Below are positions 28,201 through 37,719 of a DNA stretch of 64,000 nt, piece after piece. How positions within the stretch are numbered: position 1 is the stretch's first letter; each line of letters opens with the position of its first letter. The DNA lies in NCBI GenBank assembly GCA_963729605.1, contig CAVSNY010000006.1:32001-96000 (forward strand), read 5' to 3'. The notes under the pieces were generated by a model. It was not told where the DNA came from. It saw nothing but the letters and a program-made list of their open reading frames with translations, and ran no database searches. The position numbers were made by a program, and so were the translations under genes. This DNA is from an uncultured Gammaproteobacteria bacterium. GTDB lineage: Bacteria; Pseudomonadota; Gammaproteobacteria; DRLM01.

Positions 28201-30279
28201 ATGAAAAATAGCACTTATAGAACTCCCGTGATTCTCAGCTTCATTTTTAATGCTTTCGGGACCGCCGCTGTAGCAGTAGAAGATGATTTTTCACTCATGT
28301 ATGGCGATACGGAGTTCGTCACCATCGCGACAGGGGTACAACAAACCATAGCCCACGCCCCCGCCGTAGCCTCGGTCATTTCAGCAGAAAGTATTAAGGA
28401 AATCGGCGCCAGAGATCTTGACGAAATCCTGGAAACCATTCCGGGACTACACGTAGCAAGATCAAATCGTTTATATAACCCTGTATACACGATACGGGGA
28501 ATATATTCCGAAACGAATCCACAGATCCTGATTCTTATCAACGGCATCCCCATCACCAACATCTTTGCCGGCGACCGCAGTCAAGTTTGGGGAGGGATGC
28601 CGGTCAATAATATCGCCCGCATTGAAATCATCCGCGGCCCGGGCTCGGCGGTTTATGGCGCGGACGCCTTTTCAGGCGTCATCAACATCATCACCAAAGA
28701 CGCGAATAATATCGATGGCACCGAAATCGGTGCGCGGGTCGGTTCGTTTGATACAAAAGAGACTTGGCTACAATACGGCGGCGAACACAACGGTTTAAGC
28801 ACCGCCTTCTCTTTTGAATATGGAGTGACCGACGGCCAGCGGGAAACTGTTCAAGCCGACGCTCAAACCGGCCTGGATGGCTTATTCGCAACGAGCGCCT
28901 CGCTGGCCCCCGGCCCAGTGAACTTGGGACGAAAATATTTGGATACCCGCGTTGACTTAAGCATCACCGCTTGGCGGCTGCGCCTGGGTTATCAAGGTCG
29001 GCGCGATGTGGAAACCGGGGCTGGCGTGGCGCAAGCGCTCGATCCCGTCGGCGACAATCAAAGCGATCGGTTCAACGCGGACCTCACCTACCGCTTTACG
29101 CGCGTGGAGAATTGGGACACCAGCATCGAACTGAGTTATTTCGACACCAGCGCCCGTTCCGAGCTGGTGTTGTTTCCACCCGGCGCCTTCGGCGGGGCGT
29201 TTCCGGAAGGGCTGATCGGCAATCCGAACGTCTATGAGCGGCATACCCGCTTTGGGATATCCAGCTTTTATACGGGCTGGGAGAAACACCGGATTCGTTT
29301 GGGCGCCGGTTACAATTTCAGCGATCTATACAAAGTTACAGAAAGCAGAAATTATTTTTTCGCGCCGGGCGGCATCCCCGTCCCCCTGGGTAGCGTCGTT
29401 GACGTTAGCGATTCAGCCGCCTTTGTGCGAGAGGAAGACCGCAAAATAACCTATCTATTCGTTCAAGATGAATGGATGTTCGCGCGGGATTGGAGTCTCA
29501 CCGCCGGAATAAGATACGACAATTATTCGGACTTCGGCGACACCATCAATCCGCGTGCGGCCATCGTCTGGCAAACGTCCTTCGACCTCACTAGCAAATT
29601 TTTGTACGGCCGCGCCTTTCGTGCGCCCTCGTTTGCCGAACTTTACAACATCAACAATCCTGTCGCGCTGGGCAACGCCAATCTCGAGCCGGAAACCATC
29701 GACACCATAGAACTCGCCTTCGATTATCAAATATCCGGCAAGGCGCGCACCGGATTAAATCTCTTTTATTACCAGATGCGAGACATCATTCGCCCCATCA
29801 ATGACCCCGCCCCCGCCACTACCGTAACGGCGCAAAACAGTGGACGCCAGTCCGGTTACGGGCTGGAATGGGAAGTGAACTGGAGTATCACCAACACTGT
29901 ACGTCTCATCGGCAATTATGCGCTGCAACGTTCGGAAGACGACAACACCGGCTCGGATTCCGGCAACGCGCCGCATCATAAAATTTATACCCGCGTCAAC
30001 TGGCGCCCGTTAAACAACTGGAATATCAGCCCGCAGATCACCTGGGTTGGCGAACGCCAGCGGGTCTCCGCCGACTCGCGGCCTCCGGTGGACGACTACC
30101 TCACCATCGATCTAACCGTTCGCCGCACCCAGGATATTAATAAGTTCGCGCTGGCCGGTTCGATCCGTAATCTGCTGGATGAAGATGGATACGAACCCAG
30201 CCTTAGCCCTGGTCAAATTCCCAATGATCTGCCCATGGCGGGACGAAATTTCTATGTCGAGGCACAATATTTTTTCTAA
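28201..30279 (+). CDS. TonB-dependent outer-membrane receptor
   Basis: Signal peptide, plug motifs (APAVASVI, L..IPGL, RIEIIRGPGSAVYGADAFSGVINIITK), barrel (LEPETI, NLLD), C-terminal Phe. Confidence 0.92.
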   Translation: MKNSTYRTPVILSFIFNAFGTAAVAVEDDFSLMYGDTEFVTIATGVQQTIAHAPAVASVISAESIKEIGARDLDEILETIPGLHVARSNRLYNPVYTIRGIYSETNPQILILINGIPITNIFAGDRSQVWGGMPVNNIARIEIIRGPGSAVYGADAFSGVINIITKDANNIDGTEIGARVGSFDTKETWLQYGGEHNGLSTAFSFEYGVTDGQRETVQADAQTGLDGLFATSASLAPGPVNLGRKYLDTRVDLSITAWRLRLGYQGRRDVETGAGVAQALDPVGDNQSDRFNADLTYRFTRVENWDTSIELSYFDTSARSELVLFPPGAFGGAFPEGLIGNPNVYERHTRFGISSFYTGWEKHRIRLGAGYNFSDLYKVTESRNYFFAPGGIPVPLGSVVDVSDSAAFVREEDRKITYLFVQDEWMFARDWSLTAGIRYDNYSDFGDTINPRAAIVWQTSFDLTSKFLYGRAFRAPSFAELYNINNPVALGNANLEPETIDTIELAFDYQISGKARTGLNLFYYQMRDIIRPINDPAPATTVTAQNSGRQSGYGLEWEVNWSITNTVRLIGNYALQRSEDDNTGSDSGNAPHHKIYTRVNWRPLNNWNISPQITWVGERQRVSADSRPPVDDYLTIDLTVRRTQDINKFALAGSIRNLLDEDGYEPSLSPGQIPNDLPMAGRNFYVEAQYFF

Positions 30280-30314
30280 GCCGCGCAACACGGACTAAGA
30301 AACATTTTTCCGAT

Positions 30315-31949
30315 TCATATCCGGCCCGCTTGATTTCCATCCACCGCGCGCGGCAGTAAACCTCCCGTCAGCAAAATACCTTTTACTGGGAGAGGTATCC
30401 TCACTGAAAAAACCGACCCCTGTTGGGGCACGCTTTTTACCGTGATGGTCGCCCCCAACAGATGACACAGTCTTTGGGTGATGCTCAGGCCCAACCCGGT
30501 CCCGCCATACTCGCGGGTCGTACTCATATCCGCCTGGCGGAATTCTTCGAAAATATGGGCCTGCTGATCTTCAGACATACCGATTCCGGTGTCGGAGACC
30601 ACGATCACCAGCAATTCTTTGGCGATACTCACCGATATTTCGATGTGGCCGCACTTGGTAAATTTGCTGGCATTGCTCAACAAATTCAGTAAAATTTGCC
30701 GAAGCTTCTGCGCGTCGATCAATACCATATCCTGCTCGCCTTCAACCCGCACCGAAAGTTGATTGTCGTTTTTCTTGACGAGCACCCGCACCGTATCCAC
30801 CGCCTCGGCGACCAACTCCCGTATGTCGGTTGCCTCAAGCCAAACATCCATCCGACCGGCTTCGATTTTCGCAAGATCCAAGATGGTGTTGATCATCACC
30901 AGCAGATGATTGGCGGCGCTATGCACCCGCCGCAGGTCGGTCACCACCTCGTCATTGCCTTCAATTTCCATCTCTTCGATCACCATCTCCGAATAACCGA
31001 TGATGGCATTGAGCGGGGTGCGCAGCTCATGGCTCATGTTCGCCAAGAATTCCGATTTGTGCCGACTGGCCAGCAGCGCCTCGTCGCGTGCCTCCACCAA
31101 TTCGCGGGTGCGCGAAGACACCAAGGCTTCCAGATTATCGTTTTGCTCGCGCAACTGCCGATCCCGCTCTTCGAGCGCGGCGATCATTTTATTGAAGACG
31201 CGCGCGATGGTTCTAACCTCGGCGGGACCTTCAATCAACGCACGGGAATGACCTTCGCCTTCTCCGGTTTTGCGCATCACCACCGCAAGGGCCTGCAGGG
31301 GCGAGGTGGCGCGGTTGACGATGCTGCGCAACAGCAAAAGCAACACTGCGGCGAAGACCAACGCAACGATGATGTTGTTTATGAAAATAGTCGCTTGAGT
31401 CTTGCGCAACTCGGCCTTGCTGACCGCGACATGTACGAAACCCAATTGTTCGACCCGCGGATCTTGCAGGTGAAATTGTGACTCTATCCCTTCTCCGCCC
31501 TCCGGCCGGGAATACACCGGCGCGAGAAAATGCAGAGATGAGCCGGTTTCCTCCATCAAGGATGCTTTATTAGGGGGGTCGGTCGCCGTCATTACCTCCA
31601 GCGCAGGCGCCCAATCCACCGTTTCTCCCTGTTTCAGTAAAAGGCTATGCTCCATATTATAAATAGAGACGTAGCGGACATTGGGAAAGGCCAGCGTCGC
31701 TTTGGCGGAATCGGCGGCATTCTCCTGAGAGGAAAGCAACAGCGCCAACACGCTTTGCGTCGCGAAATTATCGGTGATTTGCACGCCCTCCCGCACCAGC
31801 GATTCGCGCATATTCATGCTCTGCAAAACCGCGGTCGCCAGCGAGGCCAACAATGCCATGCAGGCGACACCCAGCGACACGGTGTATAAAAGTTGTTTGC
31901 GGAAACTCCACGACGGCGGCAATAGACGATCAAGGATATCCATGCTCAT
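30315..31949 (-). CDS. Membrane sensor histidine kinase (periplasmic domain, HAMP, HisKA, HATPase)
   Basis: Two TM segments, [38 protein letters not shown]; no receiver domain. Confidence 0.92.
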   Translation of the reverse strand: MSMDILDRLLPPSWSFRKQLLYTVSLGVACMALLASLATAVLQSMNMRESLVREGVQITDNFATQSVLALLLSSQENAADSAKATLAFPNVRYVSIYNMEHSLLLKQGETVDWAPALEVMTATDPPNKASLMEETGSSLHFLAPVYSRPEGGEGIESQFHLQDPRVEQLGFVHVAVSKAELRKTQATIFINNIIVALVFAAVLLLLLRSIVNRATSPLQALAVVMRKTGEGEGHSRALIEGPAEVRTIARVFNKMIAALEERDRQLREQNDNLEALVSSRTRELVEARDEALLASRHKSEFLANMSHELRTPLNAIIGYSEMVIEEMEIEGNDEVVTDLRRVHSAANHLLVMINTILDLAKIEAGRMDVWLEATDIRELVAEAVDTVRVLVKKNDNQLSVRVEGEQDMVLIDAQKLRQILLNLLSNASKFTKCGHIEISVSIAKELLVIVVSDTGIGMSEDQQAHIFEEFRQADMSTTREYGGTGLGLSITQRLCHLLGATITVKSVPQQGSVFSVRIPLPVKGILLTGGLLPRAVDGNQAGRI

Positions 31950-31952
31950 CTA

Positions 31953-32906
31953 TTATGGCGCCGGAAAAACAAGCGCGAACTCGCGCTGCTGTTCAATGGA
32001 AATGGTCAAACCCAGATGATCGGCGGTACGCTTGTTCAATGCGGCCTGTAAATCCGTCAAAGGCACGATGGATGAGGCCGCGCCATTGCCTCCCTCGCTC
32101 AAAACCCGTTGCGCCAGTTTCGCGATACTCACTCCCATCGCCTTATTATCGGGGAACAATGAGAACAGCGCACCCCTTTTGGCGTGGGCGGGATTGGAAG
32201 AAAATACGGCCAGATAATTATCCCAAGCCCCCTTCAGGATCAGAGGCAGTATGACTCGATCCTCCACGACCGTCGCATCCGGCAGCAGCCAAATGGCATC
32301 GCTTGATTGCCGACTACTGTTGGCCAGAATATCCCGGTATACCTTGGCGGCGCCCCGGCTGTCTTCCACGGGATACGTCAGCAACCTCATCCCATGACGC
32401 CTGGCGGCGGCATGCCCCAGACTCACCAGCCATTCGCTGTTGGCGCGGTTATAAACCACGCTCACATTTTTAATGTCGGGCAAGATCGCCTTGAGCCTGG
32501 CAAACATCATGTCGGGGTCGGCGGCCAAACTGATACCCGAAACACCTGCGGAAATATCCTCCGGCGCGATGATCAAAGCCCCTACCACGATCGGACGGTT
32601 TAATTGTAATTTTTGCGCGGCGGCAAAGCCGCCTCGTCCAAGCGCGATCACCGCTTCGGTATTTTGACGGAGTAAGATCTCTCGTAATAGATCGCGGTCG
32701 TAGTTGTCGCCGATTGCATGAAAATTAATCTCGCGGGTGGCGCCCTGCTTGATGCCCTCCATAATCGCGGTGACGACCTCGCGATAGGGGTCGCGAATAT
32801 CGGGATATAAAACGGCGATGGCCGCCTGCGAAACAGAGAATGGTAAACTTATTAACAAGCTTACACTTGCCAATACTGCCATCCTCACTAACGAAAAAAA
32901 GGCCAT
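31953..32906 (-). CDS. Periplasmic ABC-type substrate-binding-like protein (no permease nearby)
   Basis: Signal peptide (..FSVSQA), DAIWLLPD, GALFSL, LNKRTA..LGL typical of the ABC_sub_bind-like family; 3 bp from the kinase gene. Confidence 0.75.
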   Translation of the reverse strand: MAFFSLVRMAVLASVSLLISLPFSVSQAAIAVLYPDIRDPYREVVTAIMEGIKQGATREINFHAIGDNYDRDLLREILLRQNTEAVIALGRGGFAAAQKLQLNRPIVVGALIIAPEDISAGVSGISLAADPDMMFARLKAILPDIKNVSVVYNRANSEWLVSLGHAAARRHGMRLLTYPVEDSRGAAKVYRDILANSSRQSSDAIWLLPDATVVEDRVILPLILKGAWDNYLAVFSSNPAHAKRGALFSLFPDNKAMGVSIAKLAQRVLSEGGNGAASSIVPLTDLQAALNKRTADHLGLTISIEQQREFALVFPAP

Positions 32907-33062
32907 TCGCTATCTATAAATTCTGGGGCGGGATTATCAATCTTGGAAACGATCACCTCACTATTGAGGCAATGAGGATTGTAGGGCTTCGGAAGAATAA
33001 ACACAATTTTAAAAGTGGTAGCCCCCCAACAATTTTTTAATTGGAGATTGCGAGTGACTCGG

Positions 33063-33089
33063 AAAGGGGGCGGTGCGAATACCGCCCCC
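33063..33089 (-). terminator. Intrinsic terminator-like hairpin after small ORF
   Basis: 9-bp stem GGGGGCGGT/ACCGCCCCC followed by TTT on the minus strand. Confidence 0.55.
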
Positions 33090-33105
33090 GATTCCATCGC
33101 GACGA

Positions 33106-33285
33106 TTAATGCAGGGTCCTGCGCAGGCCATGTGTTTGATCGGGGACTTGGCCAGGCGTTTCGTCAATCAATATCCCCATACGGGGCTCTTGATGCTTGG
33201 CTTTACCATAAGTCGGATCTTCGGTGACTTCCAGCAACCTCAACTGCAAATCGTCGTCTTGACCACATTTACGCCGATTACTCAT
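33106..33285 (-). CDS. Small hypothetical protein (59 aa)
   Basis: MSNRRKCGQDD...GLRRTLH; GAGGAGG RBS, sigma28-like promoter upstream, terminator downstream. Confidence 0.6.
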   Translation of the reverse strand: MSNRRKCGQDDDLQLRLLEVTEDPTYGKAKHQEPRMGILIDETPGQVPDQTHGLRRTLH

Positions 33286-33361
33286 AACCGCCTCCTCATC
33301 GCCTTTGATCCGGAGCACCGCGGCAACTAGCCTCTTAAATACCCATCACCGCTCACTCTAG

Positions 33362-33389
33362 TTATCGACCCGGTCTCGATACGGCTTTA
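33362..33389 (-). promoter_or_regulatory. Putative sigma28 promoter
   Basis: Minus strand TAAA-N16-GTCGATAA (spacer one base longer than consensus). Confidence 0.5.
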
Positions 33390-33458
33390 ACGACAAAACG
33401 TCAATGCCATCACAGTTCGTCCTTAAAAAAATCATAAACTCTTGGCGGGTCGGCGATA

Positions 33459-33932
33459 TCAGGCCTCGCGGCAACCGTTTGAATCACTCGCGGCAAACCC
33501 GGGCGAAGACGCACCATTGGAGTGCGCTCTAAATCGATACGCCCTTTTCAAACAATGGGTCAACCATTCCCGCAAAAACTGATTGACACGACGTTTCTCA
33601 TAAGGCTGAAACATGTTCGGATTCGGGTAGGGATACAAAGGCTGAAAGCGTCCGGAGCTTTGGTAAGCCAGCACTTCCGCCACCCGCGCGTCTCGATAGA
33701 TGCGTATTTTCATGTTGAGCGCGGGGACGAAACGCTTATCGATGTTCATCGAATGGACAATACAAATCGTCGTGGTATAAGGACTGCGCTCCAACACCCT
33801 CACCTCGATACCGCTGATCGATTCGGCGACCAACACCGCCGCGCCGTCCACGCCTTCCAAGCCTGGCAATAACGCCATCAGCCTGGAGAAATTTTCCTCG
33901 TAGAGACCAAGCGTGTTCTGCATTACATACAT
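33459..33932 (-). CDS. DUF1249 (YqiB-like) protein
   Basis: LYEENFSRL, RSPYTT, IRIYRDARVAEV, YPYPNP..EK..VNQFL.EWL..CL; start uncertain. Confidence 0.8.
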   Translation of the reverse strand: MYVMQNTLGLYEENFSRLMALLPGLEGVDGAAVLVAESISGIEVRVLERSPYTTTICIVHSMNIDKRFVPALNMKIRIYRDARVAEVLAYQSSGRFQPLYPYPNPNMFQPYEKRRVNQFLREWLTHCLKRAYRFRAHSNGASSPGFAASDSNGCREA

Positions 33933-34043
33933 CACATGCAAACCTTCTTGTTGTGAATCACCCTGCGTCGATCATACCATGCCGCTTTCCAATAACACTC
34001 GCATCGGACGCCTTCATCGTTAGTATCGACTTTTCCGACGTCA

Positions 34044-34820
34044 TCATTTAGATCCGGCCGCCCCATCGCCGTCCCGGCCTTGCAGGAAAGGCCGGAGCAA
34101 ATCCATGGGCACGGGAAAAATGATCGTGGAATTATTCTCGGTGGCAATGGCATTCAAGGTCTGCAGATAGCGCAGTTGCAGGGCTTGCGGCGCCTGTCCC
34201 AACACCCGCGCCGCCGCCAATAGATGCTCCGAAGCCTGCAATTCGCCTTCGGCGTGAATCACCTTGGCACGCCGTTCGCGCTCGGCCTCGGCCTGGCGGG
34301 CGATCGCGCGTATCATGCTTTCATCGATATCGACATGTTTGATCTCGACATTGGTGACTTTGATCCCCCAGGCATCGGTCTGGGCATCGAGAATTTTCTG
34401 GATATCGGCATTGAGCTTATCACGGCTGGCGAGCATATCGTCCAGATCGTGCTGACCCAATACCGAACGCAGGGTGGTTTGCGCCAACTGGCTGGTGGCC
34501 GATTCAAAATTCTCCACTTGAATGATCGCCCGCTGGGGGTCCACCACCCGGTAATAAATCACCGCGTTGACCTTTACCGACACGTTATCGCGGGAGATCA
34601 CGTCCTGGCTCGGCACATCCATCACGATGATGCGCAAATCGACCTTGACCATTTGCTGCAAGACCGGAATCACCAGAATCAGACCCGGGCCCTTGACCTT
34701 CCAATATCGGCCCAGCATGAAGATGACGCCGCGCTGGTATTCGCGCAAAACACGAAACGCCGTCGCCAACAAGGCAATGATCACACCGATCAACAGGACG
34801 AACAGGTACGAAGTTACCAT
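34044..34820 (-). CDS. Slipin / SPFH (stomatin-like) protein
   Basis: [54 protein letters not shown]. Confidence 0.92.
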   Translation of the reverse strand: MVTSYLFVLLIGVIIALLATAFRVLREYQRGVIFMLGRYWKVKGPGLILVIPVLQQMVKVDLRIIVMDVPSQDVISRDNVSVKVNAVIYYRVVDPQRAIIQVENFESATSQLAQTTLRSVLGQHDLDDMLASRDKLNADIQKILDAQTDAWGIKVTNVEIKHVDIDESMIRAIARQAEAERERRAKVIHAEGELQASEHLLAAARVLGQAPQALQLRYLQTLNAIATENNSTIIFPVPMDLLRPFLQGRDGDGAAGSK

Positions 34821-34838
34821 GATTTACTCCTTCGTTAT

Positions 34839-36164
34839 TTACTCGGCCGGCATCACCCGCAAAATCAGGCCGTCCATCGCCATCACGCGCACCCGTTGGC
34901 CCGCGCGCAAGGGCTGATCTGAACGGGCGGTCCAACGCTCGCCATGAATATGAATGGGTCCCTCTTGCTCAAAATCCTCCACCACCGTACCCACGCTGCC
35001 GATCATTTCCTCGCGGCCGCTCACCACCGGACGCCGGCGCGCCTTCAAAGCCAACGCGACCACCAACATCAAAAAAGCGAGGCTGACAATTGAGAACAGG
35101 ACAATCACCGGGAGCGATATGCCGTAACCCGCCACATCCGTCTCCAGCAGAATGATGGACCCGAACACGAAGGCGATCACCCCGCCGATGCCCAGCGCGC
35201 CAAAACTCGGCAACAGCGCCTCGCCGATCATAAAGGCCATGCCGAGCATGATCAGCGCCAACCCGGCGTAATTGATCGGCAGCGTCTGAAAGGCGAACAG
35301 GGCGAGCAACAGGGAAATCGCGCCCACCACGCCGGGCAGCACCATCCCCGGATTGGCGAATTCATAAATCAAGCCATAGATGCCGAGCAGCATCAACACG
35401 TAGGCGATGGTCGGATCGGTGATCACCGCCAGCAGACGGGAACGCCAATCGGGCTCCCTCTCTTCCATCGCCATATCGGCGGTATCTATCTGGGTCGCCA
35501 CGCCCAGCACGTTCACCGGCCGGCCGTCGATCTGCGCCAGCAAATCATCCAGGTCTTTGGCGACCATGTCGATGACGCCCAAGCGCAGGGCGTCTTCCGC
35601 CGCCAGACTGGCGGCCTCGCGCACCGCCTGCTCCGCCCATTGCGCGTTGCGTCCCCGCAGCTTCGCCAATGATTGAATATAGGCCACCGCGTCGTTGACG
35701 ATTTTTTTGGTCATGGCGTCATCACCCTGTGCGGGTTTACCGTCCGCTTCACCCCCCGCCGGCGCGGCGGGCATACCCATCTGCACCGGCGTCGCCGCGC
35801 CGAGATTGGTGGCCGGCGCCATGGCCGCGTAATGACTGGCGTACAGAATATAGGTGCCGGCGCTGGCGGCGCGCGCGCCCGGCGGCGCGACATAGGCCGC
35901 CACCGGAACCGGCGAGGCGATGATGTCTTGAATGATGGCGCGCATCGAGACATCCAATCCGCCGGGGGTGTCCAACCGCAGAATCACCAACGCCACGCCG
36001 CGGTCGGCGGCCCGTTGCAGATTGCGTTGAATATAATCGCGGGTGGCGGGACCGATCACGCCGGTGACTTGTAACAACACGGCCCGTCCGCCCGTCTCCT
36101 GCCCTTGCGAGCAGAGCGGCCAGCAACAGGCCAAAATGGACATCCATATCGCGAATCGTCGCAT
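34839..36164 (-). CDS. nfeD: NfeD-family membrane-bound serine protease
   Basis: LDTPGG, RAASAG, GAATPV ClpP-like domain, TM region, C-terminal OB domain (GERW); paired with slipin. Confidence 0.9.
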   Translation of the reverse strand: MRRFAIWMSILACCWPLCSQGQETGGRAVLLQVTGVIGPATRDYIQRNLQRAADRGVALVILRLDTPGGLDVSMRAIIQDIIASPVPVAAYVAPPGARAASAGTYILYASHYAAMAPATNLGAATPVQMGMPAAPAGGEADGKPAQGDDAMTKKIVNDAVAYIQSLAKLRGRNAQWAEQAVREAASLAAEDALRLGVIDMVAKDLDDLLAQIDGRPVNVLGVATQIDTADMAMEEREPDWRSRLLAVITDPTIAYVLMLLGIYGLIYEFANPGMVLPGVVGAISLLLALFAFQTLPINYAGLALIMLGMAFMIGEALLPSFGALGIGGVIAFVFGSIILLETDVAGYGISLPVIVLFSIVSLAFLMLVVALALKARRRPVVSGREEMIGSVGTVVEDFEQEGPIHIHGERWTARSDQPLRAGQRVRVMAMDGLILRVMPAE

Positions 36165-36382
36165 TAACATGCCCTCCGCCCTTTGACGGTATACCACAAG
36201 CGATCGAGCTTGCCCAACCGCGCCGTGCCTCCCCGCTTCCGTTGTGAAGCGGGGCCGAACTTGTTAAATTGTTCCGACCACACGGGAAATGGATCCCATC
36301 GCCTTGACACCGCGGCAAGCCGCGGAGAGTCTTGAAATTAACTTTCGGTTTACCTACATCGTGACGGGCACCGCCTATTAGT

Positions 36383-37717
36383 ATGGATCCGCAAACCGCC
36401 CAAACCCCCGTAAAACCGGCCGGCACCAGCGCCGTCATATTGATCGGCGTCGCCCTGCTTGCCCTGTTACTGGGTAGTTATCAGTGGTACGAGTTGTATG
36501 AAATGCGCACCAGCGGCGCCAGCCCGCTGTGCGCCGTGTCCGAAAACCTCGATTGCGCCGCGGTGTGGACTTCACCGCTGGCCACCGCCGTACATGGCTA
36601 CACCGGCCTGCCTTTCGCGGCCTGGGGCGTAGCCTGGGGCGGTTTGGTGTTGATCCTGGCACTGCAATTGACGCGGCGGCAAATCCCCGCGGCGGAAACC
36701 ATCCTCGCCTTGCGCCTGGTCACCGGCGCCGGTGGCTTACTCTCCATCGGCTTGCTGATCTACAGCATCACCCTCGGCGTTTTTTGCCCTACCTGCCTGT
36801 TGTTCTACGTCTTTGTCGCGATCGGCGCCTATCTCGCCTTCGTCCGGCTGCGTCCCGGGCAATACCCTTGGCCGCGCGCCGCGCTGCATGATCTCGGACT
36901 GTTACTGGTCATCGTCGCGGTATTGTTATACCCCGGCCTGCAAACCCCCAAACAAGATCTGGCCTCGGCCACCCTCGCCAAAATCACCGCGGCCTCCCCC
37001 GGCCACCACGGCGTGGACTTGTCGCAAGACCCGCTGGCCAAATTCCTGCGGGACCTGGAACCGCAAGTGCGGCAAATCGTCAGCGACACCCACGCCTTGT
37101 ATCGCATCGCGCCCCGCATCGAAACGCCGGTGGACATCGACCGTATCGTCTCCGGCAATCCGCAGGCGCCGGTGCATCTCATCGATTGGGTGGATATCCG
37201 CTGCCCTCATTGCCGCAGCCTCGATGAGGCACTCAATGAAATCCGCGGCGTCACCCCCAACACCAGCTGGACCGAGGAATCCCGGCATTTTCCCCTGGAC
37301 AGCGAATGCAACCCCGGCATCTCGCGCAGCGACGGCAGCGGCGTGGCCTGCCTCAGCGCGAAATTGCTGATCTGCCTGGCCGGCTCGCCCCAAGGCAACC
37401 TGGTGCGCACCGCTCTCTTCGACGATCAACGCACACTCACCACGGAGCGGGTTTGGGAGATCGCCGCGAAGCACCAGACGCAACGCGCCCCGCTGGAAAA
37501 ATGCGTCGCCTCGCCGGAGACCGCCGCCACCTTGCGGAGCGACATTCAACTCGCCAACCGGCATGGCATCGAAGGCACGCCGTTGCTGGTGATCAACGGC
37601 CGGCAGGCGCCCCCCTTTCCGCCCTTCATCTTCGCCATGATCATCGCCGCGGGCGACAGCAACGCGGCGGGCTTTCAAGTATTGCCGCCGCCCCGCCCCG
37701 AAGTCCTGGCCCGCTAG
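36383..37717 (+). CDS. VKOR-DsbA/thioredoxin fusion protein
   Basis: VKOR loop CAVSENLDC, membrane CPTC; C-terminal CPHC, HFPL and GTP. Confidence 0.85.
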   Translation: MDPQTAQTPVKPAGTSAVILIGVALLALLLGSYQWYELYEMRTSGASPLCAVSENLDCAAVWTSPLATAVHGYTGLPFAAWGVAWGGLVLILALQLTRRQIPAAETILALRLVTGAGGLLSIGLLIYSITLGVFCPTCLLFYVFVAIGAYLAFVRLRPGQYPWPRAALHDLGLLLVIVAVLLYPGLQTPKQDLASATLAKITAASPGHHGVDLSQDPLAKFLRDLEPQVRQIVSDTHALYRIAPRIETPVDIDRIVSGNPQAPVHLIDWVDIRCPHCRSLDEALNEIRGVTPNTSWTEESRHFPLDSECNPGISRSDGSGVACLSAKLLICLAGSPQGNLVRTALFDDQRTLTTERVWEIAAKHQTQRAPLEKCVASPETAATLRSDIQLANRHGIEGTPLLVINGRQAPPFPPFIFAMIIAAGDSNAAGFQVLPPPRPEVLAR

Positions 37718-37719
37718 CC

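Noticed and set aside
37306-37719. N-terminal extension of MoeA
   Set aside because: It overlaps the VKOR-DsbA gene; the GTG at 37720 gives a normal-length MoeA.
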